Part shown: positions 1 through 9,193 of the stretch, one piece after another | How the letters are laid out: the number at the start of each line of letters is the position of its first letter | Position numbering within the stretch: the stretch's first letter is position 1 | Source: a virus | DNA: 64,000 nucleotides | Direction: 5' to 3' (one strand) | IMG/VR virus record: IMGVR_UViG_3300045007_000250 | Span: 22,921 to 86,920 of that record | Position numbers and translations under genes: made by a program | The notes under the pieces: generated by a model | What the model saw: only the letters and a program-made list of their open reading frames with translations | Database searches by the model: none | Told to the model about the DNA's origin: nothing

Positions 1-1
1 T

Positions 2-1687
2 CTTTTTGCCGATCCACAGCGGGAAATTGTGGGGGTCAATCTCAAATTTGATACGATGGTGCTTCGTAACAATGGCGTGGAGAACGTGCCCGGAAATGTC
101 GGCACGGCTCGTATTTTCGATTGTATGGTGGCTTCGTGGATGCTTTCAAATGATGAGCGAAAGCATGGTATTGAAGCCGCGGCGGAGCGTTTTCTTCATA
201 CGACGGTGGTGAAAGACCTTGGTGAGATTCGCAAGCTGAAAGCTACAAATCCAGACCTTTATTGGAAAGAGATGTTGCGCTACGGGTACGTGGACGCGAC
301 GATTCCGTTGCAGCTTCGCTCCGTGATGATTCCGATGCTTCATGCCCGGAATTTGGAAAAGGCTTTCAAAGAACTTGAGATGCCGTGCGTTGGTGTGACG
401 ACGGAGATGGAGATGGCCGGTATTCCGATGGACACCGTTCATCTGCAAGCGATTGCACCGGGGATTGAAGAGGCGGCGAAGGCTGCACAGACTGAAGTTT
501 TCAAGTACGCCGGGCGGGAGTTCAACATCGGCTCCCCGGTGCAGTTGTCGGAAGTGCTTTATGAAGGCACTCCGCCACTTCTTTCGAGTGAGGGCTTGGA
601 GCGCGGAAAGTCGCGGGGCAAGAAGAATCCCAAGCCCGGCGCTTATCCCACTGGTTCTGAAATTCTTAAATACTTTGACCACCCTATTGCCAAGGCGGTT
701 CTCGATTGGCGTGGGTCGGAAAAGTTGCTTAGGACATACGTGTATCCTCTCATTGAATTTTCCCATTCCCACGGGGGCCGGATTTACACGTCTTGGAGGC
801 AGACGGGAACCACAACCGGGCGCTATGCCACTTCCGATCCCCTCAACGTGCAGAATTGGCCTCGGAAAAAGGGACTGATTCGGAAGGCGGCGAAGGCGTC
901 TCCTGGTTTCGTGATAGTGGCAAGCGACTATTCGCAGATTGAGTTGCGCCTAATGGCTCACCAAAGTTGTGACCCGGTGATGATCGCGGCGTACCTGGCG
1001 AACGAAGACTTGCACCGGCGTACTGCCGCGTTCCTTTTGCGCATTCCTGAGAGCGAAGTCACTAAAGAGCAGCGACACATGGCGAAGGCGGTGAATTTTG
1101 GCTTCTTGTACGGAATGTCCGCGCAGTCTTTCGTGGAGTACGCTTTCTTGAATTATGGGGTGACGGTGAGTCCTTCCGATGCCGAAGCCTTCCGCAAATC
1201 TTTCTTCTTGCTTTATCGTGGGGTTGCTGAATACCACAATTACATGCGTGATTTTGTTTGGGAGAGGGGGTACGCGGAGAACGTCATTGGCGAGCGTCGG
1301 TATCTGCCGGAACATCGGTCTTCTGATAATTACAAGCGATGGTTGGCGTGGTCGGAAGGCGTGAACTACACGATTCAGGGGAGCGCGGCGGCGCTTATCA
1401 AGATCGCCATGCGCAACATCTACCGTGACTTGATTCGTCCGCACGGGTACAAACGGTCCACCCGGTATGGACGGCTTTTGACGTGTTGGGGCGCTCCGTC
1501 TCTTGCCCACGAAGTCCGCTTGGTGATGCAGGTGCATGATGAATTGGTGTTTGAGGTACGACAGGAAATTGCGGTGCCTTTCTCCAAATGGTTGCGTCAC
1601 AAGATGGAGACTGCGGTAACGGCTTTCAAGATTCCGATTATCGCGGAAGCTGGGATTGGCCCGGACGTGGAAAGTGCGAAAGTGTAG
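2..1687 (+). CDS. polA: DNA polymerase family A (PolI-like), 5'-truncated by the window edge
   Basis: Exonuclease motifs (NLKFD, FDCMVASW), motif A DYSQIELR, motif B RHMAKAVNFGFLYG and motif C QVHDELV. The frame is open from position 2. Confidence 0.97.
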   Translation, partial: LFADPQREIVGVNLKFDTMVLRNNGVENVPGNVGTARIFDCMVASWMLSNDERKHGIEAAAERFLHTTVVKDLGEIRKLKATNPDLYWKEMLRYGYVDATIPLQLRSVMIPMLHARNLEKAFKELEMPCVGVTTEMEMAGIPMDTVHLQAIAPGIEEAAKAAQTEVFKYAGREFNIGSPVQLSEVLYEGTPPLLSSEGLERGKSRGKKNPKPGAYPTGSEILKYFDHPIAKAVLDWRGSEKLLRTYVYPLIEFSHSHGGRIYTSWRQTGTTTGRYATSDPLNVQNWPRKKGLIRKAAKASPGFVIVASDYSQIELRLMAHQSCDPVMIAAYLANEDLHRRTAAFLLRIPESEVTKEQRHMAKAVNFGFLYGMSAQSFVEYAFLNYGVTVSPSDAEAFRKSFFLLYRGVAEYHNYMRDFVWERGYAENVIGERRYLPEHRSSDNYKRWLAWSEGVNYTIQGSAAALIKIAMRNIYRDLIRPHGYKRSTRYGRLLTCWGAPSLAHEVRLVMQVHDELVFEVRQEIAVPFSKWLRHKMETAVTAFKIPIIAEAGIGPDVESAKV

Positions 1688-1698
1688 CGTGGTGAAGT

Positions 1699-3045
1699 AT
1701 GACGACTCCTTTTGTGGATTCTTGGCTGCACCTACCCGTTGGACCATACAATCCGTCCACGTTGGCCGGGCGTCTGACTTTTTTGAGCCGAGCGTCCGAG
1801 TTTGACCCCACCGGTGCGCAGTCTCAGATAGACCTTTTCAAGATGGAGCCGGGTGGGATCGCCATTCCGCGCAATGCTGCAATCGTTCCGCGAAGTGTGA
1901 TCTTGGGTGCAACTGATTGCACTACCGCGGGGGATTATAGGCTTTTCAAAGCCCCGTCCATCACGCTTCGTCCTCATCAAGAGCCGGTGTTGGCAACCGT
2001 GATGGACGCTTTGAGTGGTTCGTATCCTTATGGTGGGATTATCCTGGCGAAGCCGGGAAGCGGAAAGACGGTGATGGCGTTGGAGGTCGCCCGCCGCCTG
2101 TGTCGCACCACCCTGATTTTGGTCCACACGACGGCTTTGATGACGCAGTGGGGAGACCGTATCCGTGAGCATCTTCCGGGTGCGCGGGTGGGTTTTGTTC
2201 GTCAAGGCATGTGTCAGTTCGGTGATAATTACGACTTCGTGGTGGGGATGCTAGAAAGTCTATCCGTCCGACAGTACCCTTCTGCGTTCTACCGATGGCC
2301 GGGTGTGGTGATTACGGATGAGGTTCACCGGCTTGGGGCGGAGACATGGGCACCAGTGATTGTGCAGTTTCCTGCGAAGGTGCGCCTTGGGTTGACGGCC
2401 ACCCCGCGACGCAAGGACGGGTTGGAGCCGGTTTTTTTCTGGCACGTCGGGCCGATCATTTCCACGGCGAAGCACGACGCGATTATGACCCCCACCGTGA
2501 AGGTGGTGAAGTACATCAAGACGTACAAACGAAACTTCATTCAGCGAAACGGGAACTTCAACAGGGCGCGGTGGCTTACCAGTATCGGAGAGGATGCGGA
2601 GCGGAATTGGGTGCTCTGCCAGTTCATTTTGAAGGCGTTGCGGAATGGTAGGAAGATTCTTTGTCTTTCTGATCGTCTTGAGCAGATTGCCGCGGTTCGC
2701 ACCATGCTTGCTCCCCACGTTCCGACCGGGAAGTGGGTTAGTCCCTACGTTGGGGAGTGTACTCCGGCGGAGCGAATGGAGGCCGTGGCGTCGGACGTGA
2801 TTATGGCAACGTACCCGATTGCGGCGGAGGGCTTGGACATACCGGACTTGGACACCCTTATTTTTATGACTCCCCGTGGCGATGTGGAGCAAGCAGTGGG
2901 GCGTATTCAGCGTGTGGTGCCGGGGAAGTTGACGCCGGTAGTCATAGACATTGTGGACGCGGCTTATAGGTTTGGGGTTGCACTGGCAAAGGTTCGGCGG
3001 CGGGTTTACGAAAGAATCGGGGCGATGATGCACGAAGGGCGTTGA
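1699..3045 (+). CDS. Superfamily 2 DNA helicase (DEAD/H-like)
   Basis: Motifs AKPGSGKT (I), DEVH (II), LTATP (III), EGLDIP (V) and QAVGRIQR (VI). Confidence 0.95.
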   Translation: MTTPFVDSWLHLPVGPYNPSTLAGRLTFLSRASEFDPTGAQSQIDLFKMEPGGIAIPRNAAIVPRSVILGATDCTTAGDYRLFKAPSITLRPHQEPVLATVMDALSGSYPYGGIILAKPGSGKTVMALEVARRLCRTTLILVHTTALMTQWGDRIREHLPGARVGFVRQGMCQFGDNYDFVVGMLESLSVRQYPSAFYRWPGVVITDEVHRLGAETWAPVIVQFPAKVRLGLTATPRRKDGLEPVFFWHVGPIISTAKHDAIMTPTVKVVKYIKTYKRNFIQRNGNFNRARWLTSIGEDAERNWVLCQFILKALRNGRKILCLSDRLEQIAAVRTMLAPHVPTGKWVSPYVGECTPAERMEAVASDVIMATYPIAAEGLDIPDLDTLIFMTPRGDVEQAVGRIQRVVPGKLTPVVIDIVDAAYRFGVALAKVRRRVYERIGAMMHEGR

Positions 3046-3070
3046 CAAGCCCCTTTTGGCGTGTTATAGT
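3042..3070 (+). promoter_or_regulatory. sigma70-type promoter, GGCGTGT class
   Basis: TTGACA (3042-47), 17-nt spacer ending GGCGTGT, TATAGT (3065-70). Confidence 0.85.
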
Positions 3071-3104
3071 TAGAAAGGGTGAAACTTTGAAAGGAGAAAC
3101 CCCC

Positions 3105-4040
3105 ATGAGAATACCCGTGAAAGCGAGACCAAGGACGAAGGGCGATGCTCTTCTGGTTTCTTCCGCAGCGTCCGGCGGACCCGTGCAAGACGGGGAGTTG
3201 TCGGAGACCGTGGATACCAGCGTTTTCGACGAGATTGACGGTGTGACGCCTGATCCGGTGGACGACGCCGCTTTGGAGAAGGAACATCTTGCGGCGGGCG
3301 CTTCGGTGGAAGAGGACGCCAATTTGGGTCCGGTGGCCCACATCGAAGACGCAGCGAATATGACGGAAGGCGACGCCGTGAGCGGTGACAAGCCGGTGAC
3401 GATTCCCCAGGGCGGCTTGCCGGTACTTGGCAAAGAGGGTGCTGTGGTGACTTCCGGCACCAAGACCGGGCGGTTTACCACGGCGGTCTCATCCGTCAAG
3501 GAAGTGGAGAAACCGGTGGATTTGGTGAAGGGGCGCGGGGATGCTCCGGTGGAAAAGCATCCGGCTCCGGCTCCCGGTGAGACGGCGGAGATCATCTTGG
3601 TTCCGTCCACCATTACCGTTCGCAAGCAATTCTTGAAAGTCACGGACGGCAAGATGAGGATGGTGCGGGAAGAGGAAAGCACGGAGACCATTGCCGTGCA
3701 TCGCTTCGTAACCATACCGGCGCAGCCGGGGTACACGGCGCAACGCACCGTCAACCTTGGGGACTTCAACTCCCTGAAAGTCGGCGTGTGGGGCACCGTT
3801 CCGTGCTACAAGGAGGAGTACGACGAGGCTTGCCAGTTCATTCAGGAACACACCGACGCTCGCATGGACTCCATTTCGGACGCGATTGACAAGAGCATGG
3901 AAGGCGGGGACGCACCGGAGACCACGTATGAGAAGACTCCGGTTTCCAAAGACAAGGAAACGGCTCCGGCTTCCGAGACCCCGGTGGCGGGAAAAGGTGT
4001 GCGTGAGATTTCCACGTTCAAGCTCCCGATTGTGAGGTAG
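3105..4040 (+). CDS. Hypothetical acidic protein with conserved-looking C-terminal phage domain (TVNLGDFNSLKVGV)
   Basis: AAGGAG RBS before ATG 3105, downstream of a promoter; acidic low-complexity N-terminus. Confidence 0.75.
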   Translation: MRIPVKARPRTKGDALLVSSAASGGPVQDGELSETVDTSVFDEIDGVTPDPVDDAALEKEHLAAGASVEEDANLGPVAHIEDAANMTEGDAVSGDKPVTIPQGGLPVLGKEGAVVTSGTKTGRFTTAVSSVKEVEKPVDLVKGRGDAPVEKHPAPAPGETAEIILVPSTITVRKQFLKVTDGKMRMVREEESTETIAVHRFVTIPAQPGYTAQRTVNLGDFNSLKVGVWGTVPCYKEEYDEACQFIQEHTDARMDSISDAIDKSMEGGDAPETTYEKTPVSKDKETAPASETPVAGKGVREISTFKLPIVR

Positions 4041-4043
4041 GGT

Positions 4044-4805
4044 ATGGACGTGATGGCACAAGCAAAGACGGTCTTGGGGACCGCCAAGAAGATTGTGGTG
4101 TTGACCGGAGCGGGGATTTCCGTTGAAAGCGGTATCCCCGCCTTTCGCACCGATGCCGACGCCTTGTGGTCGAAGTTTGACATGGGCAAGGCCACGCTTT
4201 CCTATTTTCTCCATAACCCGGAAGGGTTTTGGAAGGCTCTTGGCCCGTTGGCGGGGAAGTTCATGGGCGCGAAGCCCAATGCTGCACATGCGGCTTTGGC
4301 CGGTTTGGAGCAGACCGGGCGCTTGAAGGCACTTATCACGCAGAACATTGACGGTCTTCATCAAGAGGCCGGGAGCAAGCGCGTGATCGAATTTCATGGC
4401 AATGCCCGGCGCTTGGTCTGCTTGAAATGCGGCAAGGCGTACTCCGTGGCGGAGATACTTGCCGTGCATGACCCGGAAAATGAGACCATCGTTCCGGCGT
4501 GTGAGTGTGGACAAATCCTGAAACCGGATGCCACCCTTTTCGGTGAATCAATACCCCCGGATGCGCTCAAGGCTGCGCTCAAGGCGGTGCGGGGAATGGT
4601 GGACGCCATGCTGATTGTCGGTACATCCGGTTCCATTCAACCGGCAAACCAGCTTCCTCAGATCGCCAAAGAGCGCGGTGTCAAAGTGATCGAAGTCAAT
4701 CCTTCCCCCACTCCGTACACTCAGCACCGGATTACGGATATTTTTGTGAAGGGGGCTGCGGGGATGGTGCTGCCGCAAATTTTGGGGGGAAAATTATGTC
4801 AGTAA
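4044..4805 (+). CDS. Sir2/CobB-family NAD-dependent protein deacylase
   Basis: GAGISVESGIPAFR, TQNIDGLH, catalytic HG, CxxC..CxC zinc site, GTS and EVN motifs. Confidence 0.95.
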   Translation: MDVMAQAKTVLGTAKKIVVLTGAGISVESGIPAFRTDADALWSKFDMGKATLSYFLHNPEGFWKALGPLAGKFMGAKPNAAHAALAGLEQTGRLKALITQNIDGLHQEAGSKRVIEFHGNARRLVCLKCGKAYSVAEILAVHDPENETIVPACECGQILKPDATLFGESIPPDALKAALKAVRGMVDAMLIVGTSGSIQPANQLPQIAKERGVKVIEVNPSPTPYTQHRITDIFVKGAAGMVLPQILGGKLCQ

Positions 4806-5002
4806 TTGCTACGAAACCGTGTTTTGATTTTGCGGGTGGTCCTGATGCGGGGATTTTGCCTTGTCAAACGGACGGGGCTTTTTCCGGCAAGGTAGAGTGC
4901 CTTGAATTACTTGAGGGCGGGTGTTGGTCCAAGTGTGTGATGGGCAAGCTGCACCCGCTTTACGAGGATTGGAAGTCGTCAAAGAAAGCGGTGTCAAAGT
5001 GA
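4796..5002 (+). CDS. Small Cys-rich hypothetical protein
   Basis: 68 aa with 5 Cys; overlaps both neighbouring genes. Confidence 0.55.
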   Translation: MSVIATKPCFDFAGGPDAGILPCQTDGAFSGKVECLELLEGGCWSKCVMGKLHPLYEDWKSSKKAVSK

Positions 5003-6273
5003 GCGAAAAGATCAACGCGAAGTACGGGCCGGGCACACTTGTTCGGCTCGGTGAGCAGGTGCTTGGGCACCGGATTTCCACTGGTATCTTCGACTTGGAC
5101 CTTGCCCTTGGCGGCGGGTGGCGTGGCCCTTTCGATGAGATTTGGGGTGGGCGTTCCACCGGAAAAAGCACGGTGGCGGCACATACGGTCCATGAGGCTC
5201 AACAGATTTGCCGGTACGACGGTTTGCTTCTCGGTGATCCGAAGGTGGAAGGAAATTCCCCCTTGCCGTTGGTGCCGACATGGACCGACCCGAAGGGTGG
5301 TCTGCATTCGGGGCCGGATACGGACACGGATGAGTTCAAGAAAGCCGCCTACGAAGTGAAGAAGGTCAAGGTCAAGGACGAAGAGGGGAAAGAGACCGGT
5401 GAAGTGCAGGAAGTCACCGTATTGCGCAAGGGGTGGGTGCAGCATCGGGTACAGGAGCCGCTTCGTTGCACCGTGGTCAACGTGGAGCAGGCGGTGGACC
5501 CGGATTGGTACATTCACTGCGGGGCTGACCGTGACTTGACCAATCTTTTGAACGTGACCACGACGGAGCACGTTGTTGACCTGATTGACGTGCTGATTCG
5601 GGAACAGACCGCCGATTTTGTGGTGCTGGATTCCATCGCGTCCATGTCTCCTCTGTGGGAGCAGGAGAACACGGCGGAGAAAAAGGCTCCTCCTAAAAAC
5701 GCCGAATTGCTCAACCGCGCCCTGCGCTGTTGGCTTGCCGCTATCGTGGCTCGGCAAGGCGCGACCGTCCTTCCCCGCATCCTGTTGGTCAACCAGGTGC
5801 GTTCCAAGATCAACCTGCCCTATCCCAACATGAATCCCGATGTAAAGACTGCCGGATTGGGGCAGGACTTTGCCTCTGTCTCCGAAGTGAAGTTAGAGCC
5901 GGGAAAGCATGACAAGTCCGATTTTCTGTCCCCGGAAGACGGCGGTTTGTCAATTCTCAACCGCACCAACTTCAAGGTGACGAAAAACAAGACCTACCCC
6001 CCTCTTGGTTATGGTCAGTTCATCACTTGCCTGATTGGGCACGACGGGTATTCACAGGGCGAGATCATGCAGCTTCGCTCGGTGTTCGAGACGGCGCGGC
6101 GGTACAACGTCATTCAGACCGTGAAAGACAAGTGGTTTCTCGGTGGCTTGGAGTTCCGCACGCAGAAGGCGGTGGCGGAGCATCTTCGGGAACATCCTGC
6201 TGATTTTCGCGCCTTGTGGCGGGTGCTGGTTCCCCTTGTCACTGCGGCGCGGATTGGTCGGAAAGTCGCATGA
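4999..6273 (+). CDS. recA: RecA-like recombinase with an ~86-aa insertion
   Basis: STGIFDLDLALGGG, Walker A GGRSTGKST, VVLDSIAS, LVNQVR and KNKT. GTG start overlaps the upstream stop. Confidence 0.9.
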   Translation: MSEKINAKYGPGTLVRLGEQVLGHRISTGIFDLDLALGGGWRGPFDEIWGGRSTGKSTVAAHTVHEAQQICRYDGLLLGDPKVEGNSPLPLVPTWTDPKGGLHSGPDTDTDEFKKAAYEVKKVKVKDEEGKETGEVQEVTVLRKGWVQHRVQEPLRCTVVNVEQAVDPDWYIHCGADRDLTNLLNVTTTEHVVDLIDVLIREQTADFVVLDSIASMSPLWEQENTAEKKAPPKNAELLNRALRCWLAAIVARQGATVLPRILLVNQVRSKINLPYPNMNPDVKTAGLGQDFASVSEVKLEPGKHDKSDFLSPEDGGLSILNRTNFKVTKNKTYPPLGYGQFITCLIGHDGYSQGEIMQLRSVFETARRYNVIQTVKDKWFLGGLEFRTQKAVAEHLREHPADFRALWRVLVPLVTAARIGRKVA

Positions 6274-6665
6274 AGGCCCTGGCCGATCATATTCCTAGAA
6301 GGGTGGGGAAGAAAGTTGGGCGGGAGTGCGACGTTCCGACGTGGAAAAGGCAGGAGCGGCGGGTTGCGAAGCGGCGCGGGGCCAAGTTACAACCGAGAAG
6401 CGGGGCACACCCTACCCGGAAGGGGGACACTGTTGACTCCGTGGTGGTGATTGAAGCCAAGAGCACTAAGCACGCTTCCATCTCAATCACGGTGGGGCAT
6501 CTTCAAAGGGTGACGGATGCCGCACACGCGGCAGGGGTGTCCCCGGCCATGTCCTACACCTTCGAGAACATGCCGCCGGGGGTGGACCCGGATTGGGTTT
6601 TGATTCCGTTAGGGGTGTTCAACGCTTTGACTGGCACCCCGGAGCCGGGGTTGAAAGAGGGGTGA
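6270..6665 (+). CDS. PD-(D/E)xK nuclease, Holliday junction resolvase-like
   Basis: QERRVAK...SGA...KGD...IEAKST pattern. Confidence 0.7.
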   Translation: MKALADHIPRRVGKKVGRECDVPTWKRQERRVAKRRGAKLQPRSGAHPTRKGDTVDSVVVIEAKSTKHASISITVGHLQRVTDAAHAAGVSPAMSYTFENMPPGVDPDWVLIPLGVFNALTGTPEPGLKEG

Positions 6666-6673
6666 AAAAAAAG

Positions 6674-6687
6674 TGCAAGCGATTGCA
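6674..6687. promoter_or_regulatory. Palindrome TGCAAGCGATTGCA, copy 1 (operator or hairpin)
   Basis: Identical 14-mer at 18968-18981 and 47246-47259; ends 8 nt upstream of a -35 box. Confidence 0.65.
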
Positions 6688-6694
6688 TTTTTCT

Positions 6695-6784
6695 CTTGAC
6701 AAGCCAAAAGTGGCGTGTTATATTGTGCCCATGATGACACGGACCACAAACCACGAAACACGAAAGGGCACGACAATGCGTAAC
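6695..6784 (+). repeat. Promoter-leader cassette, copy A (inverted copy B at ~21964-22039)
   Basis: Both copies share CTTGACAAGCC..CGTGTTA..TGTGCCCATGATGACACGGACCAC..GAAAGGGCA..ATGCGTA. Confidence 0.85.
6696..6724 (+). promoter_or_regulatory. sigma70-type promoter, GGCGTGT class
   Basis: TTGACA-17 nt (..TGGCGTGT)-TATATT. Confidence 0.85.
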
Positions 6785-7171
6785 ACTCACACCACGAATC
6801 CGGCTGCTTCCATCGCTATCGCCATCGCGGTTGTCCGCGCTCGGATGGGTCAGTATCGCGCCACCATCATGCGAAACTTGGAAAAGGCGGTGAAGGCCGG
6901 GAAGTTCTCGCAGAAGGCGGTGGCGGATCGTGCGGAGCGGGCGGTTGAAGTGCTCCGTACCTACTCCATTACCGACACCGGGCGCAAGATCAACGGGTGG
7001 GGTGAGTTGGTTCACGCCTTCACTCTGGAAAATCCGAGAGGCCGTGAGTACGAAGTGCAGGTGCGCGACAACGGGCAGACTTCGTGCAACTGCCCGGACT
7101 GGATTTACCGGCGTGGCTCTCACGGCGGATTCTGCAAGCACTCTCTTGCGATTTCCGCCTTGGTGTGGTAG
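6776..7171 (+). CDS. SWIM zinc-finger protein
   Basis: CNCPDW...CKH (CxC-xn-CxH) motif; has its own promoter and terminator. Confidence 0.85.
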   Translation: MRNTHTTNPAASIAIAIAVVRARMGQYRATIMRNLEKAVKAGKFSQKAVADRAERAVEVLRTYSITDTGRKINGWGELVHAFTLENPRGREYEVQVRDNGQTSCNCPDWIYRRGSHGGFCKHSLAISALVW

Positions 7172-7184
7172 TTGGTGAAGACAC

Positions 7185-7210
7185 GGGCGGGGGTAAAACC
7201 CCGCCCTTTT
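7185..7210 (+). terminator. Rho-independent terminator
   Basis: GGGCGGGG-GTAAAA-CCCCGCCC followed by TTTT. Confidence 0.8.
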
Positions 7211-7231
7211 GTGCGTGAAATAGGAGTAAAA

Positions 7232-8215
7232 ATGCGGTGGGTCAGGACCGGCCTCAAGAAGCCGTCCGTTCCGGCGGTAAAGCCCCTTGGTGCGGCTGAA
7301 AAGAAGTCTTCCGTTGTGTCGGGTATTCCCGTCACTCTCCCTCGTCCGTTGGTGCTTCCCGCTTTGATTGAGGCGGTGAAGGAAGACGACGTGCGGGATG
7401 ATTCCTACCTTCATGCGTCTTCCCTTGAGGATTACTGCCCGCGTATGCAGGTGATCCTTCATGTGTTCGGGTTGCGGGTGTCCAAGCCGGAGCTTTCGTT
7501 GAACCTGAAATGGACGATGGAGCTTGGCAAGATGATTCACACCACCCTGCAAAACCGCTTCCTTGGGCGGCGGGGGGTGTTGGTCGGGAAGTGGAAGTGC
7601 CTTGCGTGCGAGCATCGCGTTGGCCGGGATATGCCGAATGAGTGGGTACGAATGCCGGACCCTGGCGAATGCCCGGCTTTGTCCACTTTCAGTGGTCGGG
7701 AACGTCCGCACCTTTGGGTGCATGATGAATGCCACGCGGTTGATGCAGAGCTTGGGATTGGTGGGGACATTGACGGCGGGATTCGACACTCCAACGGGGA
7801 GATCGTCGGCTTGGAGATCAAGAGCATTTCTGCGGACGGGCACAATCGTCTTCGTGGGGTGAAGGCGGACCATATTGTGCAAGCCAACGTCTATATGATG
7901 CTCTTTGGGCTTCGACAACAGGTTTTTGTTTATACATCGAAGGGTTGGCATGATGAAAAAGAGGCGACCGTGCGTGACGCGGCTGGGGGTTGGCGCAACG
8001 GTCCTTTCTATGAAGTTTCGTTGAAGCGCGATGAGCGGGTGATTGCCGACTTCGTGCTCAAACGCCGGTCGGAACAAACGGCGCGTGCGGATATGGCGCG
8101 AAGCGGTGGGGAGTGTTACCCACCGCGGTTGGAGAGGGAGTGCGCTTCGGAATTTACAGGTCGGGCCAAGGCTTGCCCGGTGAAAGACCTTTGTTTTTCT
8201 CTGGCGGCTGAGTGA
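7232..8215 (+). CDS. Cas4/RecB-like PD-(D/E)xK exonuclease
   Basis: HASS..CPR, G..IH, GDIDG, LEIKS, QANVYM and C-terminal Cys cluster; AGGAG RBS. Confidence 0.85.
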   Translation: MRWVRTGLKKPSVPAVKPLGAAEKKSSVVSGIPVTLPRPLVLPALIEAVKEDDVRDDSYLHASSLEDYCPRMQVILHVFGLRVSKPELSLNLKWTMELGKMIHTTLQNRFLGRRGVLVGKWKCLACEHRVGRDMPNEWVRMPDPGECPALSTFSGRERPHLWVHDECHAVDAELGIGGDIDGGIRHSNGEIVGLEIKSISADGHNRLRGVKADHIVQANVYMMLFGLRQQVFVYTSKGWHDEKEATVRDAAGGWRNGPFYEVSLKRDERVIADFVLKRRSEQTARADMARSGGECYPPRLERECASEFTGRAKACPVKDLCFSLAAE

Positions 8216-8904
8216 TGGAGAGACCCGTACCGAAGCCGGATGGCTTTGTTCATCCGACATGGGCTGTTGGCCTTGACTTGAGCTTGGATTCCGCCGGTGT
8301 GGTGGTTCTTGGCGATGGGCTGGTGCAGCATCACGAAGCCTTGCAGTATGCCCCTGTGTCCGCAGAGATGACCCGCACGAAGTCCGGTAAGAGCCAGTCC
8401 CTTACGTTGCGGCAGAAGGCGGCGCGATTGGCTTTCGTCTGTGATGGGGTGTGCCGAATCATGTTGGATGCCGGTACTCCGCACGCCGTCATTGAGAACT
8501 ACGCCTTTTCACGGGGCGGGGCTTCCGCGTCCGTGACCGGGTTGGCCGAAGTGTCCGGGGCGGTGCGGGTTGCTCTTTTCAAGATGGGGGTTGTCCCCCT
8601 GGTTGTGGAAGTTTCCGTGGCGCGGGCTTTTGTCTGCGGGAAGGGGAATGCGACCAAGGAAGACACCATTGCCGTGCTTCAAGGCGCGCAGTATGGAAAG
8701 CAGCAGTTTGGAACGGAAGATGAGTACGATGCAATGGCCTTGGCGCTGATTCTCTACTATCTTCGTAATCCGGGGAAGCGCGAGGGTTTGTCCATGAAGC
8801 AGGTGTTGACTCTCTCCCGGTGGAGTGACCGGGTGGATCGGGTGACGGGGGTGGTTGTGCCGTCAAAGTTCAAAAAAGTGCAACTGCTTGCACAGAAGCC
8901 TTGA
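8215..8904 (+). CDS. RuvC-like Holliday junction resolvase
   Basis: GLDLSL, IENYAF, GKGNATKE and DEYDA acidic motifs. Confidence 0.85.
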   Translation: MERPVPKPDGFVHPTWAVGLDLSLDSAGVVVLGDGLVQHHEALQYAPVSAEMTRTKSGKSQSLTLRQKAARLAFVCDGVCRIMLDAGTPHAVIENYAFSRGGASASVTGLAEVSGAVRVALFKMGVVPLVVEVSVARAFVCGKGNATKEDTIAVLQGAQYGKQQFGTEDEYDAMALALILYYLRNPGKREGLSMKQVLTLSRWSDRVDRVTGVVVPSKFKKVQLLAQKP

Positions 8905-8929
8905 CATTCCAAAAGCGGCGTGTTAGATT
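8901..8929 (+). promoter_or_regulatory. sigma70-type promoter, GGCGTGT class
   Basis: TTGACA-17 nt (..GGCGTGT)-TAGATT. Confidence 0.8.
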
Positions 8930-8971
8930 TTTCTATAGGGCTTAGTACCAGTTTGAGAAGGGGAAACGACA

Positions 8972-9193
8972 ATGGCTTTGACGATTCGAGTAGTCAGGGA
9001 AATGGACCCGTGGGACGCTTTCTTGGAAGAGTCGGGGTTTCTGATGGATGATCCTACCGTTCGCGTTCGCGGCAAGGGTGACGTTTTGGACATGCTCAAA
9101 CAATACACTGACTTCTTGGAGAAGAAGCGCACGGAAGCCGGGGCGTGTCCGGTGTGTGGGTGGCGCTTCCGCAAGAAGGAGGAGGGTGACTGA
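8972..9193 (+). CDS. Small hypothetical protein with CxxC
   Basis: Good RBS; CPVC motif; TGATG coupling to the next gene. Confidence 0.65.
   Translation: MALTIRVVREMDPWDAFLEESGFLMDDPTVRVRGKGDVLDMLKQYTDFLEKKRTEAGACPVCGWRFRKKEEGD

Noticed and set aside
3930-3990. ETPVSK..APA similarity to the scaffold region at ~36005-36050
   Set aside because: A short low-complexity match that is likely coincidental.
4044-4805. Sir2-type anti-phage NADase (Thoeris/DSR-like)
   Set aside because: The protein has the zinc-binding CobB deacylase architecture and no fused or adjacent defence partner.
5209-5466. Mini-intein in RecA
   Set aside because: The insert starts with Cys but lacks a block B His and a terminal (H)N before the next Cys.
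7232-8215. Cas4-like gene as part of a CRISPR-Cas locus
   Set aside because: No cas1/cas2 and no repeat-spacer array; the context (RecA, RuvC) indicates a recombination exonuclease.
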